64,000 nt of DNA from the human T2T-CHM13v2.0 reference genome, Homo sapiens. The notes under the pieces were generated by a model. It made no database searches. It was not told the origin of the DNA and saw nothing but the letters and a program-made list of their open reading frames with translations. The position numbers and the translations under genes are program-made. Every line of letters starts with the position of its first letter. Position 1 is the stretch's first letter. Below are positions 35,791-50,294 of this stretch, piece by piece. The stretch lies in assembly GCF_009914755.1 (NCBI RefSeq), contig NC_060928.1, one strand, 5' to 3'.

Positions 35791-37949
35791 CTAGATATAT
35801 TGAATATATTATTTTCATAATCCTCCTCTGTAGGTCTTTGTGAATCTTCCATTGCCTTGCGGTTTCTAAACTTTAGGGCTATAAACCCTTTTGTTTGTTT
35901 TGTGAATAAAAAGAGAGGTGTTTCCTGTGTTCTTTCTGTGCAGTAAAGAAGATGTTGGGAAACTATGAAAGGAGATGTCCTGGGATACAGCTTGTTCATT
36001 TTCATGAAACTGGTAGGTGGAAAATTAACTAAGACAAATCAACTTGGGATGTGAACCATGGGCTCCTCTACTCCTCAGAATAGAGTCCTTATTTTCCCCA
36101 AACATCTTGAGTAAAAACCCATTCCCCCAGACTCGTTTGGAATCTCAGCACTCAGGAGTTCCCTTCCCTGGTGGTCTGGTGGAGCCCAGGAATGCTGGCC
36201 TTTAGGGCACACAGCCAGACCTGTTTGCTCACTCATGCTTGGAGTGAGCAGCATGGGAGGTCCTGATAAGCTGGCTACTAAAGGATGCAAGATGCATTCT
36301 GAGCGGTTGTATCCACTAGTGAGACAAGTCGTCAAATGGTCACTAAGGAATCTGTATTCTAAAAGAATAAAGGCATATTATCCTATGAAAGCCCTAAAAA
36401 TGATTCTATGTAAAATATTTTCAAATATCTATATGACTTTGGAGAAAAACCAGCTAATCCCTTAAAATAATCTTTCAGAGCTCTTCTTTTCTAAAGGACC
36501 TAGAATAATCAAAATCTAAGTAGCTATTAATAATGACAAAAAAACTCATGGTTTTGTAGTTTCTGTCTTACAACAGAGTGAAGTAAAAAAATCATGGAGA
36601 ATAGGGTAAATTTTAATCCTTGTTTGATTCAGTCTCTGTCTGAATGAAGTTTGAAGTATGTATGAAAAGTAAATCAAAGTAATACTAAGCTTACACACCC
36701 CCATTTTATATTCATATTTCTCCAAGTAAGTATGGAGCTGAACTAGCAGAAGTTTTCAACAGTTACTGAAACCTCACTAATACTATAAAACGACAATATT
36801 TAGTTGGGGAAGATCTATAAAGTTCAGCTTCTAAAAAATTCCCTAACCTTATGACAATTTTCCTATGTTAGGAAGAGAATAAAATGATAGTTCAAGATGT
36901 TTCAGCATATTTCCACATGCTCTTTAGAACTTGCTTGGGATTTTTATGTTTAAATGAAAACATAGTTTGTGAAGATATTTCTCATTTTCTGTAATAAATA
37001 TCATCTTATTTTTTATTTTACTCTTTGGAAAAGACAGCTATCTTTAAAAAAAACATAATTTATGATGCCTTTTAAGAGAAATTGCATCTTTATCTTAATG
37101 AAGATCTCTTCTATTTTTACTATTTCATTACACTGCCATAAATCAACATCTTGTTTTCAACGTGAGCTTTGTAAATAGATTTCCTTTAAGATCCTGAAGT
37201 GAGGAAGCAACTGGGGCTGGTTTATGGCACTTGTTCAGCAGCAGAGGATCTGGACTGCTGCAGAGGATTAATCTTATTTTAGAATTCGGGAAACCAGCAT
37301 GTGCTGTCTGGTCAGTCTTGGAGAGGTGTGCCACAGACCAGCTATATGAAAGGCAAAAGAAATGAAACATCAGTCCCAGAAATGCATGTGCTGATGAGAT
37401 TCCATCACTCATTTCTCAGGAATCTAATTTGTATCTGTCATAGGCCAATTGGAAATGCATTTTTGACCAATAAATATCATGCCATGTGTGAAAAGTAGTT
37501 TTTACAGTTTATCTTATTTTAAACATATTAGATCATATTAAGATAATTTGTGAAATCCTTTTGAAGCAATGATTTTTAAATTTGGAAAGCAATCCAAATA
37601 AATACATTATGTTACTAAGAGTGTTTTTAAAATATGTTATCCAGATTCTATGCCCTTAGCCATTTATATTTATAATAAAAACTTATATTTATTCAAACAT
37701 GAAAAGAGCCTACTTTATCAGTGAAGCTAAGAGCCCACTAGAGGTCACTTTTTCAACTTATTTTCCTTAATAACTGAAAAATTCAACCTAGATTCTCATC
37801 ACTGTGTCTTTCTTATATGTCCTTGTTCACAGAGTTAGAACTTTTATTTCCTTCCAGAAAAAAAAAATTCTGCTATTTCTCAAAGTTTTTTTTTCTAAAA
37901 TCCTTCTAATAATACTCCTAAGAACTTTTTCTTATTTCCTGAGGTCACA

Positions 37950-38119
37950 ATTAATTTTTTTTCCATTTTTTTTCAAGATGGGGGTCTCACTATGTTGTCC
38001 AGGCTAGAATGCATATAGGTATGATCATAGCACACTACAGGCTTGAACACGGGCTCGAGATCCTCCTGCTTCAGCCTCTGGAGTAGCTTGGGTTACAGGT
38101 GCACACCACCTCACCTAGC
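37950..38119 (-). mobile_element. Free Alu monomer (FLAM/FAM-like) with 14-bp TSD TTCCTGAGGTCACA
   Basis: A single Alu arm flanked by identical repeats at 37936-37949 and 38120-38133. Confidence 0.85.
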
Positions 38120-39099
38120 TTCCTGAGGTCACATATTCTTATTTTTTAAGTATAATTTCTATTGTGACATTTTAAATGACCTTCTTAAGTACCTAATGAA
38201 ATCTATATTATTTTTGCTTACTTAAATGTTATTATTTGAATACTAGCAACGTCTATTTCCTAAAGTTTTAATGGACTTTACAATGTTATACTAGTATGAA
38301 AGAACCAGAGGATGTGCAGCCTTCTTAAGACTTAGAAGTATCCGTTTAATTTCTATTTCTTGCTGCAAACACCAGTACTGCTGAAAAATGCACAGCATTA
38401 ACACCTGTTGAATTGAATCTCTGTTTTCATCATCTTTTCCCTGGTGATCCATTAGAGCTGTTTTGAACCACGTTTTAAAAAGCAATATTTCTAAAGTGTG
38501 AATGCCTGATGTACTTTACATAAATAAAGGACATTTTATCATTTTTTCCTTACATTTGAGGTTTTGACTAGCATGAAAATGTTCACAAGCTGCTATTACG
38601 TTGTTAGTTTCACTACTTGTGCATAAAAAGTAGCATTTCAAACATAGTCTTGCGTGTAAACTATTAGGCCATCTGGAATAAGGTTACGGGTGTCCTGGCT
38701 TCCTAAACGCCCACATATATTTCTTGTATCCATAACTACATTGATTCTAAAGTATTTTCTCAGTAATTTAAAAAATTTAACAAAATTGCCATTTTAAAAC
38801 TCAGAAATAGTATGATATCTCATTTATCAATAGAATAGGGACATTAGTAGGAAAATCACATACAGAGGCTTATTCTTACCTTCCAAGGAATATCTATCGC
38901 TTTATGTCATTCATCTATCACTCACCTATCTAGATACACTATAACAAAGGCTACTTTAACATAATTTGTGCCACTTTTGGAAAGACCTTATTGAAGAATA
39001 TATTTATTATCTGAAAAAAGAGTTAAAACATCAGATGGGCTTTAAATTGTTTTACAAATAATAACTAATTTTAACAGTGTTACCTGTTCAGACCTTGTG

Positions 39100-40970
39100 A
39101 TAAACACTCACATTCAAATGTGTGTTCACTTAGAATATATATCATAGTATTTTGTTGTTTTGTGTACACAGGTATTTTAAATAAAAACTAACACTGAACA
39201 ACTTCTCATATGTGTTTGGTTTTATTCAATAATAGATGTTGGAGATATCTACGTGTTGTTTCCTATACATCTCTCCCATTTTTTTTTGAACTACACATAC
39301 TGTCCTTGAGAATGGATGTACCCATAGTTAACCCATTTTTCTAGTGAAGAACATTTAGTTTGTTTCTACTTTTTCCCTCTTACAAACAATGTGGCTGTGT
39401 ATATCCTTGTATACATGATCAAGCATTTCTCTACAGTACATATTGTGATATAATTGCTAGATTATAAAGAAGAGGCATTTATTTTATTGATTCTGTCAAA
39501 TAGCTCTCTCAAGTGGCTGCACCTAACAGTGCTTGTAGAATACTGGACAACCTACACCCTTACCAGCATTCAGTATAAAGCTTTAAATTTTTTATTTTCA
39601 TGCTATCTCACATTTGAAATTGCATTTTCCTAGTTATTAGTACTAGTTAAGTTTATCTTCTTTTCGTATGTTTATTGAATATATGTATTTCTTCTGTGAA
39701 TTGCTTATTCATGTTTTTGCACATTTTTTTCTATTGCAACATTTGCTTTTTCTTACTAATCCCTAATTTTAAAAGATTTTGAATATCAAAGACATTTGTT
39801 ATATTCATGCAAATATTTTTCCAATCCATCTCTTGAGCTTTAATTTTGTTTATGACTTCTCTGCCCGAAAGAAGTTTTTATTTTGATAATGCCAGATATA
39901 TAAATTCTTTCTCCTTTAATTTCAGTTTTGACATCTTGCTAAAGAAGGCTATCCCTATCTTCAAAACAAATGTACCTCTGATATTTTCCTCTAATTATTT
40001 TATAGTTATATTGTTATTGTTGTTTAGATCTTCAGATTTTCTGAGATGTATTTTCATGTGTGAGGTATGAATGTAACTTTATTCTTTTTCCCAAATGAAT
40101 AGCAGATACTCCTGACACCATTTGATGAATAGTCCACATTTTATTACTAATTTAAAATTCTACTTTTATCATAATGTAAATTTCCTTATGTGCATAGAAT
40201 CATTCCTGGGCATTTTACTATTAATTATTATTGTTCTATTAATAGTAGATATAATTACTGTAGTTTTTGTATTTCTGTGTAACCCTGTATTAAAAAAGTA
40301 ATACCTGTTTTGGTAACTAGCAGATCAAACCCTTTCTTTTTCATTTTTATCCAAATTATCTTTGCTACTCTTTCTCATGTACTCTTTCATGCAATTTTAG
40401 AATCAGCTTGTTAAGTTACGAAAAAATTATATTGAAAGTGAGAATTACACTGTATTCACGTATTAATCTTAGGGAGAAATTGCATACTGAGTCTTCTTAT
40501 AAACAAATATAATGTATCTCTGAACTTATATGTCATATATGTTCTTCAGTTAACATGTTTTTCTGAGTCAGGCCTGGTCAGGTTTATTCCCAGTCATATT
40601 GTAGTTTTGTTGTTGTTGATTTTTTTTTTAATAAATAGAACCTTTTATTCTTTTTCCATTTCTTATGGTTGCTTGCATAAAGGCAAGCTACAGATTTTTA
40701 AAGACTGGTATTTCATCTGTCTACCTGAATGGATTAATTCTAATTGTTCATTCTAATAGTTTGATGGGTGATCCTCTTAGATAGTTCTTTTATGTCAGTG
40801 ATCATATCATCAAATAATGATAGTTTTGTTTATTTATTCTTCAAATATAAGGCTCATTTAAATTTTCTGATTTATTGCATTAGGTAGGACCTTAAAAATG
40901 TTGAATAGAAGAAGTATTGGGCATCTGTGTCTTTTATTGATTTTCATGGGAAAATATTAATATCATTAAG
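39100..40970 (-). mobile_element. Ancient L1M(E) LINE fragment(s)
   Basis: T-rich degenerate L1 phrases (aacatttagtttgtttctac...ttacaaacaatg, ttgcattttcctagttattag, gcaaatattttttcc, aattttagaatcagcttgt). Boundaries approximate. Confidence 0.7.
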
Positions 40971-41549
40971 ATTTTGCTGAACTGTCATGACAATCACTGT
41001 TTATTAACTTAGAGAACACTGTATTAATTTTAAATTTGCATATAACAATAAAATATCATTCTTGTCAAACAGGATAATTACTATTTTGAAAGTGTCCAGT
41101 TATAATGGGTTATTTTGTTGCCTGGTACTCCAAATAAATTACATACGATATGAATTATTCTATTAGATATCTAATGTGAGTAAAGCTGGGACTAATCCTA
41201 AAAATATATTCAGATGCAGCTGAAACAGCTAACCTTTAGATTCTCTCTTAATTGAAATTCATTTTTCTAAGATTACTTGTTAATGAAATATATTGCAACA
41301 GATGTAAAGAATATACCACTGGTGTTGATTAAAATATCAAACGAAATGCACTTTTAAACTACATAATACTTTGTCTAATTTTTCCTGAGAAGACTAATGC
41401 TTAAGATTTAGTAACTAAAATAGGTAGTCCAATATTGATCTTGGCCTTGCTATAATGAATACTTCTAACCAGTGACAATATAGGGACTCTGTAATTTATT
41501 AAACAAACATTTATAGAATGCTCATTTTGTGCCAGGAATAGAAAATAAA

Positions 41550-41954
41550 TAGTCACGAGTTGCTTGATGATGGAGATTAATTCTGAGAAATGCATTACTA
41601 GGCCATTTCGTCATTGTTGGAGCATTCCAGGGTACACTTACATCAACCTATATGGTACTACGCACCTAGGCTATGTGGTATAGCCTGTTGTTCCTAGGCT
41701 ATAAACCCATACAGCATGTTACTGTACTGAATACTGCAAACAATTGTAACACAATGATGTTTGTGTGTCTAAACATAGAAAAGCTAAGGTATATGTTCTA
41801 AACATAGAAAAACTAATGTACTGTTGTATGACATTACAATGGCTGTGTCATCACTAGACGATAGGAAATTTTCAGCTGTATTATAATCTTATGGGACCAC
41901 CATCATATATGCAGTCCATTGTTGATCTAAGCATTGTTATGTAGGGCATGACTG
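41550..41954 (-). mobile_element. Tigger3/Golem-type (TcMar) non-autonomous DNA transposon
   Basis: Ends tagtcacg.../...gcatgactg followed by TA; internal ttctgagaaatgc, ataatcttatgggaccac. Confidence 0.8.
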
Positions 41955-42049
41955 TATTGAATGTCAGAGGAAAATTATGCTTCTGAAAAGCTGAGGCGTT
42001 GGTTCAACAGTCATTTCCATGTTCTAGAAGTTGAAATAGGCATTTGTTT

Positions 42050-43640
42050 TACTTACCAGGCAAAATCTTAACCCAGGTTAAATCCAATTCCCCACTTATT
42101 ACATGCCAGCACAAGCACAACCAAACATGTCTGGAAAAAAACATGCAACCACGATGACTGGTCTCACTGTAACTTCAGGACTATCAATCTCCTGTGGCTT
42201 CAGTGCTGCCCAGCAATCCTGTTATGTTTCTGTGTTTGATTCATATGCACATTGTCTCAGATAAACCATCTGCATCTGTGGTCATATATCCTGCTTTGTA
42301 GCTGTTCCTTTTGATTAATTATCTCTGCATCTCTCTGAGAACAAGCTCTCTAGATGTGTCCTCCTCTCATTCCCTTTTATTGACACAAGGACTTGCCACT
42401 GGAATTATTCTATTGCTCTTTAATCATCACATTTTCTCTCGCTCCTAGATTATTTCCATCAGCAAACAAAAATGTGGCACTATGTCCCTTCAAAAGTAAA
42501 AATTTTAAAAAATATTCCTTTGGCCCATATCCCCTTTTAAGTACTGTCCCATATCCCTGCTTTCTTTTACAACAAAACTCATTGAAATACTAGTTTTTAC
42601 TTATTTCATCTTCCCACATGTTTTCTTGACTCCATTTCATAATGCTTCCTTCCACACCACTTCTCCAACACAGCTCTTGGCAAGGACACTATTGAATACC
42701 ACATTGCAAAATCCAGTGTGTATTTCTCAGCCTTTAATTAACTTAAGCTACTGACAGTGCTATATACTCTTTCTTCATGAAACATTTTCTTTTTCTTTTT
42801 TTTTTTAGTTGACAAGTAATGGGTTTTTCTTCCTTATGTTTTTGTGACATAAATGAACAAATCCACAAGGCATTCAAACCTGCTCATTGTTTCCTTAGGT
42901 TAAATTCCTAGCCGTGTATGGGTGCCTATCACAAGTGGCACTTGGAAGGCCATTTCCCACATATGAGTTGTGTTTCTGTTTCTATTAAAAAAGATTCCCT
43001 CATGAAACATATTCTTCTTTTGCCTTCTGGAATACCCCTCCCTGAGTACTCCTCTAACTTCACTCAACATTTTTCCGTTTCCTTTGTTGTTTTACTAATA
43101 TTTTTATCTCCCTGAATTCTTAAGTGTTCCAGGGTTCCATCCTGCATCACATTTCTCCTATATCTCCATTTACTCATCTAGCCCCATTTTTTAAAAACAT
43201 GTCCACAGATGGACAAATCCAGTTTGGATCTCTTCCCCAAAGTCCAGACACATGTGTATCCAACTCTTATTTGACATCTCACTCGGTTGTCTAATAGACA
43301 ACTAAATTTAACATGATGCAAACATAATTCTTAAATTGCAGCTTTCTCTATCAAACACACTCTGCCAGTAGTTCTCATCACAATAAACATAAATTCTGTT
43401 CTCACAATTTCTTATGTCAAAACCTTGAAATTACTCTAGATTCCTCTATTTCTTTCCCACTCCCTGTATAATCCATCAATAAATTCTATTGATTCTGCTT
43501 CAAAATATATCAGAATATGATTCACATCTCACCATCTTTGCCATTACCAACCTGTCTGGTCCAAGCCATGATGATCTCAAGCTTTCATTATTATAAAAAA
43601 CTTCTAATGTTTCTCCCTGCTGCCACCATATTCTGCCTTC
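42050..43640 (+). mobile_element. L2 LINE fragments
   Basis: ccacattgcaaaatccagtg..., caactcttatttgacatctcactcggttgtctaatagaca..., caataaattctattgattctgcttcaaaatatatc are typical L2. Boundaries approximate. Confidence 0.65.
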
Positions 43641-43669
43641 AGTGACTTGATACGATTTAAATTTAAAAT

Positions 43670-46220
43670 AGTTATTCTGTCAGCTGTGCTGAGAATAGGC
43701 TGTAGAAGTGGGCACGAATGAAATCAGTGTGACCAATTGCAAAATTCAGGTGAGAGATAATTGTAGCTCCACCTGGGCTAGTGATAGTGAAAGTAGTGTC
43801 AGTAGATGATTAAATTCTGGATACTTTTTATAATGGGAAATTTCAAACTTTTACAAAAGTACAAAGAATAGAATAATAAACCCACATGCACCCACCTTCC
43901 AACTTCAATAATGATCTACTTATGACCAACTTTTTTTTTAAATCTACGACTTCCCACTCCTTGCTTTACAAGATTATTTTGAAGCAAGTTCCGGACAGCA
44001 AATCATTTTATTCATAAATATTTCAATATGTAATCTTAAAAGATAAGGAACATTTTTAAAACAAAAATAGACTATCACATTTTTCAAGTAAGATTAAATT
44101 CTTAACATCATCAAGTATTAAATCAGTGTTCAAATTTCCTTTATTGCCTTATACTGTACTAACTTTTTAATTAGATTGAATTAATAACTAAATTATAATT
44201 GATTTGTAAGTCTCTTAAATCTTCAAAAATCTACAAATCTCCTTTTAGTTTTTTCCTTGCAATTTATTTTATAAAGAAACTGGGCTATTTGTCCTATGAA
44301 ATTTCGTATATCCTGGATTTCTTCTGATTACATTATTATAGTGTCATTAAATCATGTTCCTCTGCTAACTTTAGTTCCTGTTAATTGGCTGTTAAGTATC
44401 TAGAGACTTGACCAGAATTCTTCATAGATGGTTTTTATGAACACCTATCAGCAGCCACATGTTTGGTTATCTCTTTTAGGAATGGTAATGACCATTTCTG
44501 GTTACTGCCTTGACCCAGTATTTCATTAGATATTTTAAAAATGGGGATTTTCTTCTTCTAACATTTTTTCTTTAATTATTAGCTGGAATATTTTTATTTT
44601 TTTCCTCATTTACTCCAGAAAGTAGAGCCTGAGACAAAGACTTGGATGCTGATAATTTATTATAAAAAGTGATTCCAGGAAACAAGATTAGGAAGAATGA
44701 AAGAGGGAAGGAGAGAAAGCCAACAGAATGGTATGCTGTTGAGTTGGCCACCATTGTGGGCACCTGAGATACAATCTTACTGGATTTCCAGAGTACCTGT
44801 GTAGAATGTACTTCACACATTTCTTTTCAAGGACAGAAGAGGCAAATTTATCCTCTGGCTCTGGTCCTCCACTAGCCAGTGGCCAATTTATGGGATATTA
44901 ACTTTTTTTTATTCTAGGTTGTGTATGTACTGAGTGCCAGGAAGATTTCAGCAAGTGTTCCACACTAAAGTGACTGAGTCTCCCCAGAGCAAACAGAAAG
45001 AGACTAGTGGTACAGCTGAGGCAATGTGTTTTTAGGTTACAGCTACCTGAAACAGTCCTAAGTAATGGCCAGAACAGAAAGTAAAGCAAGAGGTTATGAG
45101 GCAGTACAAAAAACTTGCATGAGAAGAAAATTTCCCCAATTAACTATTTGATCATTTTGAGGTACAGGAAAATAAAACTTGATCTCACATTCTTATTTTT
45201 ACCAGTTCTCAAAATAATGAGTTGCTTTGCTAGCATCCTCTATAGATGACTGGCCAAGGTGTGTTACTGTGTGTGTGTGCTTCTTTGAGGTACCATAATA
45301 AACTGGTAATATAAACGTATTTGGTAGGTTTGAGTCTACTGTGTATATAATTCTTATTGATGAGAAATTACTATAAGTGTTCTCAATAGCTATGCCTTCA
45401 AGTTGGCTCCTAAGTCTTTAACGGTCTTTGACAGCTTCCTTGCACTCTGGTTTAACAACATAGCAGAATTTCTGCTCCAGACCTTCAATCAGCCATGTCT
45501 CTAAGGACATGGTTCTATTAATAAGGAATAGTATTTAGAGATTACTTTCTGGACACTAAAGATGGATATATTTTAAAAGCAGATGCAAAAGGATTTCCTG
45601 ATTGGACATGGAGCATGAGCAAAAATAAGTGTAATACAAGATAGCTCCAAAGTTTCTAATTTGTTCAACTGGAAGAATAGAGCTGCCATCGAGTGAGAAG
45701 GGGCAGTTTTCAGGTCAAGCAGGTTTGGGAAGTGAAACTGGAGGTAAAATTTGTACGTGGTGAGTTTATAATTCTATTAAAAATTCAAGTGTGGATATGC
45801 AATTGGATATAGAAGCATGGATTGGATTCATGGGCATATAGGTAAATGTTGGGAACCATGAGAGTTGTTGAATTCATCAATAAAGAATATTTAATTAGAG
45901 ATAAGATGAGGACCAATGATTAAGCCTTCAGATAGTCCTTATGACAAAAGTAAGAGGTTGGTGAAATAAGTCGGTACCAGAAAAGATAACTGGAAAGCAG
46001 TGTCTAGTGGCTTAGGAAGCAAACCAATGTGGTATCCTGGAAGCCAAGTGAAGAAGGTGCTTCCATGTGTAGGTAATGATCAATTGTGCCAGTGCTGCTG
46101 AAAAGGGAAGAAAAACCAGGACTGAGAATTGTTCATTATATTTAGCAAGTTGACATAATTAGGGATCTTACAAGTGGTTTCAGTGGTATTTTAGAAATGA
46201 AAGTAGAATTGGATTGAGCA
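43670..46220 (-). mobile_element. Nested stack: L2(-) interrupted by L1M (~43825-45560), itself interrupted by an ERVL-type LTR (~44600-45115)
   Basis: L2 text breaks at aattctggata and resumes at ggatatattttaaaagcag; L1 3'-end text tttataatgggaaatttcaaac...; LTR-like ccagaaagtagagcctgagacaaagacttggatgc. Confidence 0.55.
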
Positions 46221-46229
46221 TAAGCTATA

Positions 46230-46750
46230 TTTGGATACGAGCTGCTGGTCTCTCTATTCTGTCACTGATTCATTTATCTCTGCCTGGGCCATTACTGCAC
46301 AGTCTTAATTACTACGTCTTAACAGTAAATCCCACTATCTAGTAGAGCAAATTCCTCTTCCTTACTCTTCAGAAGTATCTTAACTATTCTTAATCTATTA
46401 GTCAGCTATAGACATGTACATAGAAAATCCAAAAGAGTCCACAAATAATTGAATAGAATGAAAAGAAGAGTTTAGCAAAATGACTGGATTTCAGAGCAAT
46501 ATATAGAAAGTCAATTGTATTCCTACATACAAGCAGCAAAAGCTAGAAAATGTAATGAACAAAAAGACACTTTTATAATAATCAAAGTGAACATCAAGGA
46601 ATATCAAATATCTGGAAAAAAGTATTTATGCAAGATCTCTAATAGGAAAATTATAAAACATTATCAAGAAATATAAGAGAAAGCCTAAACAAATAAAGAA
46701 ATATATCATCCTTATAGAGAGGAAAATTTAGTGTTATACAGAAGCCAGTT
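46230..46750. mobile_element. Old L1M fragments (both orientations)
   Basis: cacagtcttaattactacgtcttaacagtaa (minus); tacatagaaaatccaaaagagtccacaaa...gagtttagcaa...gtcaattgtattcctacatac (plus, ORF2-like). Confidence 0.6.
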
Positions 46751-48569
46751 CTTCTCACTATATTATATCAAGATTAATGGAGGAGAGAAGAGGACTAAGG
46801 TAGGGCTTCAGAGAAAAGTTGCACTTGGAGGAGGGAAGAAGCAGAGGAGTCAAGCAAGAATTTCTGGAAGATGCAAAGAGTCTTCTTCAAGGAGTATTAT
46901 GAGAGAGTGCCTTGGCAAGTAAGGATGAAGAACATTTCCAGAAAGATTGAATAGTCAATAAAACTTGATTATATCAAGGCTGGATTTAAAATGTTCAGAT
47001 CTGGCAATTAGGAAGTCATCACTGAGTTTTGCGAGAAGAGTTGCAAGGAGAGAAGTGAATGGGTAGGAGGGAAGTGGAGACAGTGCACTTAGAAAATGAA
47101 AGAAAGGAGAGAAAGAGATGTTAGCCTGATGAGATACAATAGTCAATAGAAGATTTCAGAATAAAATGTTTATTTCTGGATTGAGAGATTTTAGCTTAAA
47201 TACACAGAGAAAGAACATAGCAGACCAATAGAGACTATTTGTTGACCACAGGAAATAGTACAATAGGATGTTTATCTAAGCTTATTTTTCTTCAAACTGT
47301 CAGAAAATATCAATTTTCACTCATCCCTGTAAACCAATGAAATACATAAACTATAGTTTCTAGAAAGCTTATAATTTTAAATATAGCTGTAAGCTGTGTA
47401 ATTTTGTTGGCTTTCCATGACATTGCTTTATGTTAAAATGCTTCTTTTAGAGTTTACAAATGCCTTCCTCACATATTATCTCCTTCAAACCTCAGAACAA
47501 CACAGTGAGTTAGTTTGGTTAAGTAACATTGCTGTATATTACAAATAAGGAAGCCTAAAATATTTTTTTATTTCAAAGTTCTAAAAAAGTTAATTTTCAT
47601 GAAGTATTATAGCAGCAAACTAAGACTGCGTAACTTAGCCATAAATAACTATTGTGTTGCCAGTGTTCACAGCTGTGTTGCTGAGGACACAAGGAATGGA
47701 TAAGTCAAAGGATAAGTATGTGCGACATCACTCGATCATGGCTAATTTGGCTCACCTGAATATTCTGAATGTCAACCAGACAGGATTGGGTCACAGGATA
47801 TATAGCTGGGAAGTGAATGAGCAAGCAGAAATAATTATCAGTGTAACACAAGAAGCACCAGACTTAGAAGTTTGTTCCTGACTCCGTTTGAGAATTTAGG
47901 CAAGCACTTCCCTCTGCCTTATTTTCCCACTGGACCATAAATGAAGAAATTATCGATGTTTTTAAAAATTATAGATGTTTTAACTTTTCCAGTTATATTT
48001 TGCATTGATTATAGGATTGAAAGGCTAGAGGGAAACCCAATTGACCAGTGTTCTTAGGAAATTAACATAATTGGTTTGGGCTGGTTTACAAAGAACAGAT
48101 TTTAGAAATATAAATGAAAACATTGCAGGATGAGATAGTTACTTCAATTTTAAAAAAAGTAACAACACGATCAGGCTGTTTTAATATCATTCAATGAAAT
48201 CAAAATGACTATAGCTATTATTCTAATTAACCCTAAGTTTTAAAACATTTCTGAGGTAACATGAATATGCACTCAAAATGAGTATCGTAAAATACCAAAA
48301 AGTATATACAAGTTTTACATTTTCTTTTGACTTTGATTTTTATATATTTTCATTTCAATTGTTATTCAGAACATTTAAAATTATATAATTATATCATCAA
48401 TAATGCGGTTAATATCCTGTAGTTTTGTGACTCCTAATTTATCACCTAAGAAAGCTAAAACAGAATGAGCATATGAGTTTCCTTCTCCATGTTACTTGTG
48501 CACTTAACTTTTGAACTTTTTATTTCTTATATTTTCATTCAGTCTCTCTAAAAAACATTTTTTTCTCTA

Positions 48570-48790
48570 TTGTAGTGGAAAGAATATAATCTTTGCTGGA
48601 ACCTGAACTGAGATTCAAAATCCTGCCACTTTACTAACAATGTGACTTCAGGAAATTTATTTAATCCGTAAGCTTCATTTTTCTTGTTCTCAAAATGACA
48701 ATTATTACGTATACTTTATGAGCTGGTTGTGAGAAATTAGAAGAATAACATGAACAGTGTCCAGTACTCAGCAGGTGTTTAATACACAGT
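48570..48790 (+). mobile_element. MIR SINE
   Basis: tgtagtggaaaga...gattcaaaatcctgccactttactaacaatgtgacttcaggaaatttatttaatc...ggttgtgagaaattag. Confidence 0.75.
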
Positions 48791-49301
48791 AGTGCTTTCT
48801 ATCCTCCATTTACTTCTTCCTTAAACTTTTACTTGAGGATTTTAATTGTAGAACTGGTCCTGTGAAAAAGTGAAACAATTCATCTCCTCCAGCCCCAATT
48901 CTTTTCCCTTTCAGATATCAAGAGTCTTTTTCTCTAATAATCTCAAAATCTGTAAAGAGTTCTAAAATCTAGCCATTTTTATGTGCTTAATACAGATTTA
49001 GTTTCAGATTCCATTGAGCTTGCAGGGGACTTACAGGTAGATAATTTAGCCCATTTTACAGTGGAGGCAGTGAAGGGCTAGGAAATGTAAATAACTTTCC
49101 CAAATACACATGGTGACAGTGCTAGAACTTAATCACTCTTTTAAATATTAAGTCCACTGCTATTTGTATTACATCTCTTTTAGCATTTTGAGCTTCTTGG
49201 TAATTGTTGAATGATAAGTTTTGTGTTTTCTTAACAGAATTTGAGGTCCCTGTAAGTGAAAGGGTATTTCGGGTTACAGCTGAGAAATGGTGCAGACTCC
49301 T

Positions 49302-50294
49302 CAGACTGCTCTGGCTACGTAATTTTCAGGGCCCAGTGCAAAATAAAAGTGTGAGATCTCCTTTTCAAAAAAAAAAAAAGGAAAAAAGTACCATTAAAGA
49401 TATCCAAATATAAGGGTTTTTCTTCTATTTCTGCTTCTCTTTCAACTTATACTGTTTTTCATTAGCATTTAATTTTGTTCTAAGTAGAAAATTTTTTAAA
49501 TTTAAGATCATTAGAAATTTTACAGCATATCTTCATATTGTGCAATGCCAGTTTTAGATGTAAATATAAGAGCATTTAACCTGTATGCAGAATCACCAAA
49601 ATTATACAATTCTATTTTGTATTTTGTATGTATTCTGTTGTTACCAGAACAGTAGAAATCTGCACAAAGCTAACATGTTTTTTCTTTCCTTTCTTGAAGG
49701 ATACACATTCTACCAATACATTCTACTTTTGGCTTACTGATAAGTAAGGAAGGAAAGCAAAAGGAATTGGGGCCTGTCCTATCTTTCCCTTTTCTTCTGA
49801 TCTTATTTTCAACATAACTGGTTGGCTAATACGAAAAAAGCAGCCCAACACCATTGCCTTCTTTCTGCATTCCAAACAAGTTCTAGTTGAAACTGAAAGG
49901 GTGGCATCCCAGGGACCTCAGCAAGTCCCCCCTACATCCCCACCCTACCGTTAGTCAATCTTAGATTTAACAAACTGACCTCATACTACCTTTCTCACTG
50001 AACTACTTACTACGCATTGTGAGTCCACTGGAATTCTGTGCTCATGGGGCATCACAAATGCTATATATAAATGTGGCAGCAAGGAATAGTGGTGGATACT
50101 CATATTGAGATATCTCCTGTGCACACTCCTCGGCTCCATTGTACCATTAGATTTCATTTCCAAAACATAAGTTATAAATAAATTTATTTAAAATTTCAAG
50201 ATGGCAATGGAAGAGCTTTAAACCTAACATGAGGTCTTTCTGAGCCTAGGACCCGTGACACTGCACAGACAGCATGCTCATGAACTTGACCCTA
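49302..50294 (-). mobile_element. MER45B/C-like hAT-Tip100 DNA transposon (~1 kb)
   Basis: Both ends match the recalled MER45 termini in reverse: ggctacgtaattttcagggcccagtgcaaaataaaa... and aatttcaagatggc...actgcacag...catgaacttgaccct. Confidence 0.75.
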
